Positions 41,217-51,977 of a DNA stretch of 53,063 nt are shown here, piece after piece (positions within the stretch are counted from its first letter, which is position 1; the number at the start of each line of letters is the position of its first letter). The stretch is from positions 1 through 53,063 of the forward strand of contig JABANN010000207.1 in assembly GCA_013115125.1 (NCBI GenBank), written 5' to 3'. The notes beneath the pieces are model-generated. The model saw only the letters and a list, made by a program, of their open reading frames with translations. It had not been told where the DNA came from and did no database searches. Source of the DNA: Perkinsus olseni. Lineage: Eukaryota. The translations under genes were made by a program, and so were the position numbers.

Positions 41217-42444
41217 TGTTAACCATCGGGAAACTCAAGTCAATGGTTTAGTGGAATCCTGAGATTCTGCCAATAATAACACTGATAAAGTCATCAACTA
41301 GCGTCAGGCTAAGCTTAGGAGCCATAGTTGTGCACTTGCACAACTACATCTCCCTCCCCTAAGAGACGGAAGCGTACAGTGACAATAAAAACAATAAAAG
41401 GAAGCTAAGAAGTGGAATCATCATTTACAACAACAGTATTATCATCATCATCGTCATCATCGTCGATATTAAAACGAGCTTCTCTGAGGACCTTAGCTTC
41501 ATCACATACGCAAGGACAGGATCAAATAAATAGAAAAAGAAACACAGCTTTGAGTCTTTTCCTTATCTGCACAGGATAAAAGTAACTATCACTCATGAAA
41601 AGTTTACTGCTATTAATGAAAGGCTCATTCTGCTTAACACCTTCTGACATCGCAATAGTAGCAATACAATACCACTCATTCTGATAAATAGTATGAACAA
41701 TTGGATCAGCAGGAACAGCAAGGGTCGGTTTATCAGGCAAGAATAATAGTACTGAATCGAAATTAATGCAGTCTCTATTTTCAGGATGAACAACTTTAAC
41801 AACTTTGGGTTCAATATTATCAACATGACCTATAATAGTACCACTATCATCATCATCGTCCATAGTTCTCATCGCATCTTTGTCGCAGACCAGATTATCA
41901 CATTCGCTATCCTCGGATACCGGATGTACAACTTGTTCAGAGTCAATCTTGCCAATACTGGTCACAGTGAGCGGTGTCGAGCCAGCAATAGAAGCAGCAG
42001 CAGTGGCAGTAATAATAACATCATCACCCACAGATCTTTCTTGGGAACCCATCCTATCGCGCACATCCTTAATGGAAACGTTGGCAGAACGATACAACTG
42101 GGGACGAGTATCTTCAATACTCTCCATATAATCGCACCAAGTCAATATATCAGCAACAGTCGTCTTCTTATCAGTGAGCATCTCTTCGCACTTCTCAGCA
42201 AATTCTTCGTCAGTAACATATCGTAAAAGGTAAACGTTCTCTACACCAAAGGCATGAGCAATCTGCAAGCCAACGGGGTTCACCGAGGGCTCGGAAGACG
42301 GGTTCTCCACCATGTTAACCATCGGGAAACTCAAGTCAATGGTTTAGTGGAATCCTGAGATTCTGCCAATAATAACACTGATAAAGTCATCAACTAGCGT
42401 CAGGCTAAGCTTAGGAGCCATAGTTGTGCACTTGCACAACTACA
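41217..42444 (-). mobile_element. Miniature (TRIM-like) non-autonomous LTR retrotransposon, 1228 bp
   Basis: Identical 132-bp TG...CA LTRs at 41217-41348 and 42313-42444; 5-bp TSD TTGAC (41212-41216, 42445-42449); minus-strand PBS TGGTGGAGAACCCG (42299-42312) and PPT AGGGGAGGGAGA (41349-41360). Confidence 0.95.
41522..42313 (-). CDS. Single 263-aa ORF of the mini LTR element (no RT, protease or integrase core motifs seen)
   Basis: Uninterrupted ORF filling most of the internal region; its ATG is formed by the last LTR base plus the TG of the PBS. Confidence 0.65.
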   Translation of the reverse strand: MVENPSSEPSVNPVGLQIAHAFGVENVYLLRYVTDEEFAEKCEEMLTDKKTTVADILTWCDYMESIEDTRPQLYRSANVSIKDVRDRMGSQERSVGDDVIITATAAASIAGSTPLTVTSIGKIDSEQVVHPVSEDSECDNLVCDKDAMRTMDDDDDSGTIIGHVDNIEPKVVKVVHPENRDCINFDSVLLFLPDKPTLAVPADPIVHTIYQNEWYCIATIAMSEGVKQNEPFINSSKLFMSDSYFYPVQIRKRLKAVFLFLFI

Positions 42445-42489
42445 TTGACTACTCGGAGTAGCCTACCTTCCTGAACGAGGTCGCGGTCT

Positions 42490-42511
42490 TGGATGGCCCA
42501 TCCAGGATGGG
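42490..42511. repeat. Direct-inverted-direct 22-nt scar (target TGGATGGG)
   Basis: TGGATGG+CCCATCCA+GGATGGG, exact. Confidence 0.85.
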
Positions 42512-44476
42512 CTTCCTGGAAAGATAGCCTGAATGTTATTGTGCCAGTATTGGGACTCTTCGTGTGTGAACTGGATTATGTGAATGTCTCCGACCCCTTC
42601 ACCAACCTTGCGCTTGATGCTGTACAACCCGTCAAAGAAGGCGCCCTTACCATTAACCTTAAAAGTCATAATATCAGTAAAGGTTGGACGGACTTTAGTT
42701 TTGGGAAAGGCTTCAATGCTTCAGAGATGATCCCGGCGAGATTAGGCATCATCAACAAGAACCTGCCAGGTTCTTGTCGATGATGAATCGTCGGCCAGAA
42801 GGGGATGGACGCACATGTGTTGTCTCCACTAGGGTGTAGGCAACATGTTGTATATAGATCTTCATCCACTATCCCCACTACACGCCTGTAAGTGTCCTCA
42901 TCAGCGACAGTAGACCCTAGTACGCGTGAAAGCCAATTCTGTGTCACAGCACAGTGCAGCAGTTGTGATATGCCGGGGGAGCTTGGGCCGGTTACCGGCC
43001 GCCTGTTTGAACCAGCATCTACCTTCGATAGCGCCGCTGCCTACCCTTCCGCTTGCGTGCTCGAGTAAGTTGTATAGACCACGCTATAAAGCTCCTGGTT
43101 ACTCGGCCTCATCAGTGCAGCGAGAAGTTCTCGCTGCACTGATGGGGCTTCACTGCTGAGAAGACACTAATGAGAAGTCCGAGGGCAACTAGTCTACTCG
43201 GGTAGGAACATTCCGACGGAGATCTGACTTATAATAGTTCCACATACGGAGTTTAGGGTCAGCACGAATAAGACGAAACCGGCCCGCGGAGAGCGCGGTA
43301 TCATTACGGGGAGTTACGAGTGGGTTGCATCCAAGGAAAAAGATCTTCCCAGATTGGTCGGCAGCAGGATTGCAATTCGTGCCCACTCGCAATGCCTTCT
43401 TGGACTCAAAGTTAGGCGTCTCTCGATGCCATCTACTGTTACGTAAGCACAAACCATTTTTCGCTCTGCAGACGTACAAGTTGGTGCCAGTGATATGCCG
43501 AATAGGTGGCTCTTGAGGAGGAGGTCCAGGGGAAAGTGTCTTCTCGATGAGAAATGGCGACGATTCCCTCCCATATCATCAGTTACCGCTGTAGACCACA
43601 TGACATCGAAACAACTATCATTATCATCTGGAGGTATGGACGAAGTCACATACCGTCGGTGAAGCCGGCCGTGTGGGGACATTCGACACAAAGGTGCAGC
43701 GTTGGGACACCAGCTGCACAGCTAGCGCTAGTATCGGACTCGGTTTCTGCCTTCGGCTACTCGAGTTGAGTTGACTCATTTATATTCGGGAGGAACACGG
43801 CTGCGTCCCTGCGGAGACGCGTGGGTCGCGCCGCCAGGCCTCTCTTTTGTTTTAAGCCACCCTCCCTAAACCCTACAAAAAACCGAGAGTGTGGGTGAGC
43901 TCGTCACCATTCAAAGGATGGGGCGGGCTGGACGTGTCTAGCACCGTTACCAGGGCAAGGTGCTTGGTCGAATACTCGGCTTTCATGGGCCTGCAAGTCC
44001 GTGATCGCTTGGGTTTCGGCGGTTCCGAGAGCTCTCTCACGGAACTGCGCTTGCCTCAGGTTCCGGCGCTCGCACGCCCCACTCCCCCTCCCCACACTCA
44101 GAGGTTTCACCAGGTGGATGAGGGTTTTCCGATACCGTTCCCTATCCTCAGTGAGGATTCCTCACCCTTCCCTCTTTGGTTGTCTAGCCTCTCACTTGTG
44201 TTTGAGAAGCGATTTTCATTCTCCGAGAGAATTTCTCCACTACATCAGCTCAACGCTTATAATCGCTTACATTCCCCAACCGAGTCCCGACCTTGAGTTC
44301 TATCACGGTGGCTACAACAAGACACACAAGTGAACCTCCTCCATGGCCGACACCGAGCAGACCCCAGACTCGATGATAGCAAGGTAGCCGGAAGAAGCGA
44401 ACTTCACTCGGTGTGGGCAAATCGATCATCGCTGGCATTTCCTAGAGATTATATAATAAGCTCAAATTGAGCGTCG

Positions 44477-44498
44477 TGTGAGTAACTCACAGTGAGTT
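44477..44498. repeat. Direct-inverted-direct 22-nt scar (target TGTGAGTT)
   Basis: TGTGAGT+AACTCACA+GTGAGTT, exact. Confidence 0.85.
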
Positions 44499-45139
44499 AT
44501 GAGGTCGATTGTGTAGAGGATTAGGATGGGCTGAGGAGAGCGCACGGAGGTGCGAGCAGCTTGTTTCACGTTCCTGATAGTTTCTTGGACAAACTGCAGT
44601 AGGCCTGCTAAGGGTTGAGTGGTGTCCAATGGACACTGTACATCCAGTGCCGAAGCAGGCGCTGAGCACCGAGGCTAGGATGGAGGTTAATACTGGCCTT
44701 CGTGAGGCCCAAGAGTTTTCGGCCGCTCGTGGTGATGAATCATCATCGCTGATGATGAACGTGATGTTCGGAAGAAAGCATCGAAAAGGGGATGAACGGC
44801 GGAGGGAGCAACCCGCAGAGTGTTGTATGTCTCTGATCAGGGGAGCTCCTACTTGCAGTTATGCTCTGGCGACAGCTTGATCTCAGTTTGAGAGCCTTCG
44901 TGAAAGTCGTGATCGCGATTTGTTTGGAGTGCACCCTCATGGACTGCCGAACCCGTTGTCATTGAGAACCCAAGGAAGAGAAGTTTTCTTTGAAAATGGA
45001 CGGTATAATACCGTAGGTATTGAAAAATAGAATGTATCTCGGCTCCTCCACGTCGTGAAGTTCACGAACCTCATTATAAGGCCCTTATACATAGCTGGCT
45101 GACGAGCTTCCTTCGGCTCGAACGAGTGTAGCACAGTCG

Positions 45140-45161
45140 GTGCTAGTCTAGCACTGCTAGA
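45140..45161. repeat. Direct-inverted-direct 22-nt scar (target GTGCTAGA)
   Basis: GTGCTAG+TCTAGCAC+TGCTAGA, exact. Confidence 0.85.
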
Positions 45162-45612
45162 GGAGACAGCTCGGAAATGTGAGGTCAATAACTAACTAAG
45201 GCATAGGCCTGATAGTAAAAGAGCCTCCTAGGGCACAGACTGGGGGTGTACGAAGTAAAGATGGCCATGGCTCGGCCCGAGCGAAGCCCACGATGACGCG
45301 CAACCGGTTTGGAGACAGATAGAGAGAAGTTAAGCTACGTAACTTAACGCACACTATCTGTGCGCGAGGGCCTCACGGTGAGGCTCACTCTCGGGCATCC
45401 ATCAAACCGCAATCATCATCACTATTGAGCCGATGCACGTTGGTTGTTCTGAACATATGTGCTACATATTTTGTATGAACAACTTGTTCATACAAAATAT
45501 GTGCTCATTATCAAGCAACGGCGGTATAGAAGAGAGATCTTGACAAGATATCTCTTCTGTACCGCCGTTGCTTGATAACAAGATCATCTTGTTGTTGACT
45601 CTCACGACGTTC

Positions 45613-45901
45613 CTAAAAACCCTCACAACAGTTAGTACAATGGTCTTCGGCGAAGACTCTTCGCATACGAACAGGTCCAGGAAACATCTAAAGTCGGCGG
45701 AGTTTTCCTTCGGGGGTAAACTCTCGCAGAATCTGCAGGTGGCACAGCGAGCTTCTGCAGGATTCACCGGCTCGATGATGACAGAGTCATCGGTCGTCCG
45801 ACGACCGTCGTAGGGGTAGAGGTTGTGGTAGGCTCAATAGCAGGTGCGGCAAAAGCAACACCAATGATGAACAGGACCTTTGCGATGAAGATGGCCTTCA
45901 T
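45613..45901 (-). pseudogene. Small secreted 8-cysteine peptide gene disrupted by two +14-nt scars
   Basis: Collapsing the scars at 45792-45813 and 45643-45664 to single 8-mers yields an open 86-aa ORF: MKAIFIAKVLFIIGVAFAAPAIEPTTTSTPTTDDSVIIEPVNPAEARCATCRFCESLPPKENSADFRCFLDLFVCEDHCTNCCEGF*. Confidence 0.88.
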
Positions 45902-46865
45902 GTTTACTATCATGAGCTCGATGGGTAGTACAACTGTTGTACTACCGAATTTCCGGGCGAGCGAGATTTCTTCCTTACACGACATACTCCCTTAGATTTC
46001 CGTAATTCAGCGATTACTATTGGCGATAACGAATAGATAAAACCAAGGGAGAGCGCGTATGACAGGTTCTTGATGATTAATGTATCATTTCTAGTAGTGA
46101 AACGGTTTCTAGCGACGCTAGAGGGTAGACGAAACGCTTTGGGTATGCGTGCTGCGTAAAGTATGATTGTCGTGCTTGGTGTCAACTGCGCCAATCACTA
46201 ACGGGCTCGGCTCCGGATCGAGCCTCTTGGCAGCCCTGTATGTGTTCTGGCAGGGTGAGCTTTCGGTCCGGGAGTTTCAGCACAATGGCAAATTGTGTTA
46301 TCGTTTCCACTCTTGAGTGACCGTCTTTCCTATGTGAGGAATCAGCGAAGCGCTCAATACCTCGACCTACGCAAGATCGCTGAGGGCGCTGTCTTCCCAA
46401 TTCCACTTGACTCAATTCGGAGGACATGGAGCAACGAATTTCGGATCTTACTCTAGTTTAATAGTAGCAACTACTCAAGCATATCTTATCGTTACTGAGC
46501 AGATGAATTAAAGGGCGAGCGATGATCAAAACTGCTCACACCTAGTAGGGAGTTCCCGCGTTCCTCCAGCGAGTTGAACTCTATTTTGCGCTCTTCTTAC
46601 GTGACATCAGAGAGACCCCGCGATGGTCGCGCATCGCCCTCTTGAACATGCATGCCGCGATCTCGAGCAGTGGCTATAGCGCGCTTCTCTAGCGGATACG
46701 CTGCAACAACAAGCCGCTCTCCCGAGATGCGATATCAGTCGGCTATCTGCCTCTACGCCATGAAGTTCACGCTTCTACATTAATACTTGTTAAGTGTCAA
46801 AGACCAAGTGTTGAGTTGGTTTTGATGAGCGGGCGGTGCTGGGATTCGATCCGGGGACCTCACGG

Positions 46866-49646
46866 ATGTCCGCTGCAGTTCATGCTGTCCTGTCAATGAC
46901 AACAACCGCGTTTGATGCATCGGAGAAGAGGGAAGTTAAAGAGAATGACGATACTCCGAGATGCTCCGACTTAGACGGGGTTACTGATGGACTGTCGGGC
47001 GTGATGGTAACCTCGGCAGAAGGCGCCACGGCAGTTGCCTTGGATGAGCTTGGAAGCTCTTGGACTGCAACTCTGCGAGGGGTACCCGCCTACAGGTTAA
47101 TGAGTTGGATGGGTACGCTTGCTCGCGAAGAACTTAGGTTCGAACCCACGTAAGGCTTCTTCTCAGATAACCCTTTTAACCGAGGTCATAATACCGATCG
47201 TTCCCTCCGTAGAAGATATTCCAACTCCGTCAGTGTTTCCCGCCTCGACTTCTTTGTGAGTCATTCCTGGAACGCCTCCTGGTGGGAGAAGTAATATCCT
47301 CCCGTGACGATGGATTCTGCTGTTGCAGAGGGCTGCTCAACAGTGCGCTCGATTCTTCCCTGCAGGCTCTTGGCTTTGTGTTATCTTTTCAACTACCAAC
47401 GGGCTTCCTGGTCGTCCATCGCTGCCGCCATCATCGAGGTCTCTGTTGTACTCTATATTTACTGTAATCAAAGTGCACCCGATACGAGCCTCCCCACGGC
47501 GCATTTCTTGGCTTGTATAAGTGAGTCGGATGATGGCCACTGTGAGCTAGACATCATCGCCATCATGGCAGGTACTAGTGTGTTTATTCTGCTACTACTT
47601 CTGCCCAATTTTCAGCTCACCAGAAGCAGCTACAAACTGTTCGTCGATAACTGTTGTATTCCGCAGGATGATGTAGGCGGGTGAGGGACGACGGAGGCGT
47701 CTAAGTTTTTGACGCCAATTACCATACCACACCACTCCCTACTCTTCAGCCCGTTCTCAAGGAGGTCGGCATCCGTTCTCTCGGTTCCTATCTGAGCCGT
47801 TCCTCCTCGATAATAGTGATGTGGTCGAAGTGTTACTTTGATCGCCTCTGGTGCGTCTATGAGCTTGCGGCCTTCCTGAGCCTCAAGGCCGGGGCGTTGA
47901 ATGGAGATCGGGGACCTGCCGAGAGAGGAAGTCCAGTCGTGGAGGAACTGAGCAGGGTTGGGAGGGGCATCAAAGAGTAATAAGTGACTGGGCCCGAGGG
48001 ACGCGATTTTTCTACTATACGCCGCTACAAGGGGAGATTCAGGAGCGTCCCCGGATGTGCGTTTGCAGGGTGGTTGCCGAAAGTAGTGGCTGCTTGTGCT
48101 GATTTGGTTGGTAGCGAATTGGTTCTTGGTGAAAATCTGAAGTTCTTCGAATTTGATAAAATTGCTGCTGAAAACATCAGAAAATTGAAGAGTTATTGCG
48201 TCGATTAATTCCGGTGATTATGATTTGACCCCCTTTTGGATGGCAGATGGATGGTTGGAAGCAGCTATCGGGACCAGGTCGTCTTTACCTCCCTTCCCTT
48301 AATTAAATTTGTCTTCGCCTTTACTCTAGTGGGCTTCGTAGGCAACATCCTGTTGAGCATAGAAGTGGTAATATTAATAGTAGCTTCTCATGACAGCCAT
48401 CTGCACTGGGTTCCCTCAGGCTGTGGTGGGGTCCTTCAAGGCCAGTCTGAGGGCTCGTCTCATCTGTGCTATCCCAGAGGGCCTCCTGTTGGCGGCCGTC
48501 CTCTGTCCGTTCGCTAGTCGCTACGTCCGGGACAGGGATGCCCTGGTCGATCAGATCATGACCTTCCAGATGGAAAACACAAAGTGCACAGTTGAGGCTG
48601 ATAGAGAGTAGGGCAGTTGGGAAGTCTGCTGGGTTCTAAGGGGACTTGTGAGTACGTACTGAAAGCTGCCATTATTTAGTACTGGACTGTCAGCGTCCGG
48701 AGCATCAGTAGGGGACGGGAGGATTGTCAGGGTAGTTGAAAATAGGAAGAATCATTCCTTTACCGTGCTTCGCGCTGCGCGAATCGCGCAGGGGAGGTAT
48801 TTACTACCGGCATACTTTGAAGGGTCTCAATTTCTCCCAAGCGTTCCTCAGCGTTGGTATGACGCATGAATGGCACCTTCGCTTTGTTGTTCAAGGTTTG
48901 TGACGGGGAGGATCTCTGCTATGTATAACGGTGATCTCACGACCTTCGAGAGAGTCGTCAAATCTGAGGTGGGAAGGGCGGCACGGCAGACGCTGGGAAT
49001 CAGGCGAGGAACGATACCTTTCAAATATGTACTGGGGATGGGGCCTTAAGGGGGGACGCCCTTAGTTCGATTGTACTTCGCAATTTTATGAAAGTTTTAT
49101 CAGGTAGTTCTCCTGTCTACTGTACATATAAACCTAGCACTGTGTCTGTTGCCTCCCGACATCATCATCTGGGGTCCCTTTTGGTCAGTGGGTTGCTTCC
49201 TCCCTCAAGTACTACTGGCCTTCACGAGGATGCCACTTTATATTTTCATTATTCTCACGGGAGCTCGAACAGCGGAGAGTTCTCCGACCAGGACCAGACG
49301 AGCGCTGTTTTTTCTTTTTGTGGGTTGTTGGTCTATTTTCAAGGTCAGTCTGGAGCTGGTCAGCGAGGGCCACCCGTACACGCTCATCCCGTTTTGTTTG
49401 ATTCATTCTATTATCTGTATCGCGCTCTACTTTCCTGTTTTCCCCAGGGAGAGTCGGGGCTGCTTGTCCCGCTTTATCGATCTCATATTTCCGGTGGATG
49501 TTGACGTCGAGGATTTGAACTCTTCTTCTGTTCGGGTGAAAGTTGCTGGTGTGGCTGATCTCGGTGGTGGCTCGAAGAGTCTCCCGTCGCTGAGGAGAGT
49601 TCAACTGGGTGCTGTCTCGAAGGTCTACCATGCGAGAAGCTGGTGA
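46866..49646 (+). CDS. Multi-pass membrane protein with a TIR-like domain split by transmembrane helices
   Basis: Spliced: LDFFVSHSWNASWWEKLLAL, hydrophobic insert, LFVDNCCIPQDD, KEVGIRSLGSYLSRSSSIIVMWSKCYFDRLWCVYELAAFL, then several hydrophobic segments. Start and some exons approximate. Confidence 0.75.
48769..48790. repeat. Direct-inverted-direct 22-nt scar (target TTCGCGCA)
   Basis: TTCGCGC+TGCGCGAA+TCGCGCA, exact; in an apparent intron of the TIR-like gene. Confidence 0.85.
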
Positions 49647-50535
49647 GACTGGGAGGAGCGGTTTGGCTTTGTTGAGGCCTCTTACGATGGTTTTATCCGG
49701 GCTTTTACGATTGGAGTGTTCGTGTTGAGAGTATCTTGAGGTTGAATCTGGCAGGATGCGGAATAGGTCAGGCTGGCTCTTTCTTTGAATCTCGGAGGAT
49801 TAACTTAAGCCTCAGCTTGGCCAGGAGCAAGGCAGGCCATTTGAGCGGGCGTAGAATTCCAGCCTTCTCTCCTCAGAGCGCTTAACACCTCCACGATTTA
49901 CTCTCGTGAATCCCGATTCAATCCCGATCTAGTATACGGTGAGTTGTCACTGGCGTGATCACAGTCGTTGTTCCATCAGCCCGACATTGGCCAGCCGCAG
50001 GCAAGTCAGTAAGGAGGCAAGAGAGGAAGCATCACCCTCAGCTCAGCCTCACTTCCTCAGACACCACTACCCTCACTGCGACTTACGCAGCTTTGTTGCT
50101 CTCCCTGATCCGAGCGTGTCGGTGGCCTCTCATGGTAAACATGATGCGCCGATCGTCTAGTGCATGCGTGCATAGCTGATTCCCCTCCCGAGAGTGAGCT
50201 TAGAAGAGAACACAGCCTTTACACTCCTTCTCGCCTTGCTCTGAGCAACCACGGAGTATCCCCTCCTTCTATTGGACTCAACTCCACACGATCAGGGTGA
50301 GAACGACAGGCTAGTCGGGGGGAGGTAGAGCGAGCAATCCTCGGGGCATCTAATGTTCGCTCTGGCAAGAAAAGGGGATGATGTTACTGGAGCTTCGAGA
50401 ACATATTTGTGTCGGGCAATAGTGGCCCGGTGGCGGAGCGACGCGCGGAACTAGCGTCTTCATAATGCAAGATGAATGCTATTATGGCTAGCTGAGTGCG
50501 GTGGAGAGAATCCTGCGACCTTGCTGGTTGTTGGT

Positions 50536-50625
50536 GATGTTGACAACATCATGTTGTGGTATGGGTCTGCTGTGTCTAAACCAATACCACAACATCATGT
50601 TGTGGTATGGGTTTAGACACAGCAG
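50536..50625. repeat. 22-nt scar (target GATGTTGT) plus a 29-1-29 hairpin on the same target
   Basis: GATGTTG+ACAACATC+ATGTTGT at 50536-50557; palindrome 50567-50625 (1 mismatch) centred on the same CAACAT-C-ATGTTG junction. Confidence 0.85.
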
Positions 50626-50861
50626 CCCTCGCAAGAGAACCCACAAGTCTCGTGGACAGCAAAGCACCAGCCGGGAATGATCTGTGCACTCCCTTCCTTG
50701 CAACCAAGGCAATAGTCGCAGAACTCGTCAACCGGCCAAGGAGGGCTCACGGGCTCGATGATGATGTCGAGCTCGGAAGGGGCGCTTGTGGTGCTGGACT
50801 TAGGTGGACGAGGGGCGGCGGTGGCGATGGACAGACTTGTCATAATAAGAATACCCTTCAT
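50613..50861 (-). CDS. Small secreted 8-cysteine peptide precursor (82 aa), intact
   Basis: MKGILIMTSLSIATAAP (signal-like), Ser/Thr/Pro linker, IIIEPVSP, then CDYCLGC-x11-CF-x5-C-x3-C-x2-CC; paralogous to 45613-45901. Confidence 0.8.
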   Translation of the reverse strand: MKGILIMTSLSIATAAPRPPKSSTTSAPSELDIIIEPVSPPWPVDEFCDYCLGCKEGSAQIIPGWCFAVHETCGFSCEGCCV

Positions 50862-51610
50862 GTTGGTGCGATGAGGGTTGATGGTGGTCTGGTCGGGCGA
50901 GCCACCCAGCTGCGGCTGAATCGATCTTTCCGATCGGAGACTTGTGCGGGTGGTGCTCGGGTAGTCGATGATGATGATGATAACTCTGGCAAAGGCAGAT
51001 AGTGCCCGAATTGGGCCCGGCAAGGTTGGCCAGAGTGCAGAGAATGATACTCAAAAGGCTGTACTTGAAATCGTTTGAGGAGGAGCAGCTAGGAGGAAGC
51101 GAATGCCATCGACCGACTACGCGTACAGGCCCGCACCAGCATCGAAGGCGTCGGAAAATATCGCTGGACTCGACTCAGACGGAAGTATAGAATGATGTAG
51201 CAGAGCAGGCCTGATTGATCTTCCTCATGCAGCCCTAGGTGCCACGGACCGTCTAAATGGCTACAGCGTTAAGCGATGAGGTAGTTTGTAGTGTAAGCTA
51301 GTACGGAAGCTCCTACACGCGGGCGCAGAAGGGCAGCTGGTGGCTAATGGGACTGAAGCCATTGAGAGTGTTGGTGGTAGAAGGACCTCTCACCCGCTGC
51401 CGCCCTAACGAGCTCGAGATGACCTTGTCAGCTCCCGCGTGGATGGCTGCAAAGGCCGCTACGACGGGAAGGGGGAGTTCCCGAGGCCCAGGACTCTTTT
51501 ATTGGGAGGGTGGCGGTATCTACTTGGCAGGAGCGGACCGGCGGGCCTCCAACTGCTGTGGGGTGCCTTAGGTGACGCTGCTTGAAATTTTCTTTATTTG
51601 TAGCAAGAAG

Positions 51611-51632
51611 ACTACACGGTGTAGTCTACACC
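51611..51632. repeat. Direct-inverted-direct 22-nt scar (target ACTACACC)
   Basis: ACTACAC+GGTGTAGT+CTACACC, exact; the homologous repeat copy at 36662 has a single ACTACACC. Confidence 0.88.
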
Positions 51633-51977
51633 TTTTAAAGGCCTATTTCGCGATCAGTAAGATCAATTTCCCAGGGCGAGCGATCACCCGCGCCAAGATA
51701 TGCCTTAGTAAGATCAATTTCGCCAGCGCGCGCGATAGTACGATCAATTTCGACGAAATGCGGAAATCAATTTCGCTGGTGGTAGATTCTATTTCGCTGT
51801 TGTGACGGATTCTGACGTCCGACGGTTGTAGGCCGGCCGTTTCGCCTATCATGATGCAAAATCCGAGTCACAAAGCTGATCATGATGAGCGCTGATGTAG
51901 TGGCCAAGTTTTGTACTTAACTCCCCTCAAGTATGGGCGTGGGAAGAGACCTCGTCGTCTCTAGTCGATCTCAACGG

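Noticed and set aside
40872-43007. Additional degenerate scar candidates (about 40871, 42448, 42986; also 35898 and 44732)
   Set aside because: Two or more mismatches or only one hairpin; compatible with old scars but not counted as evidence.
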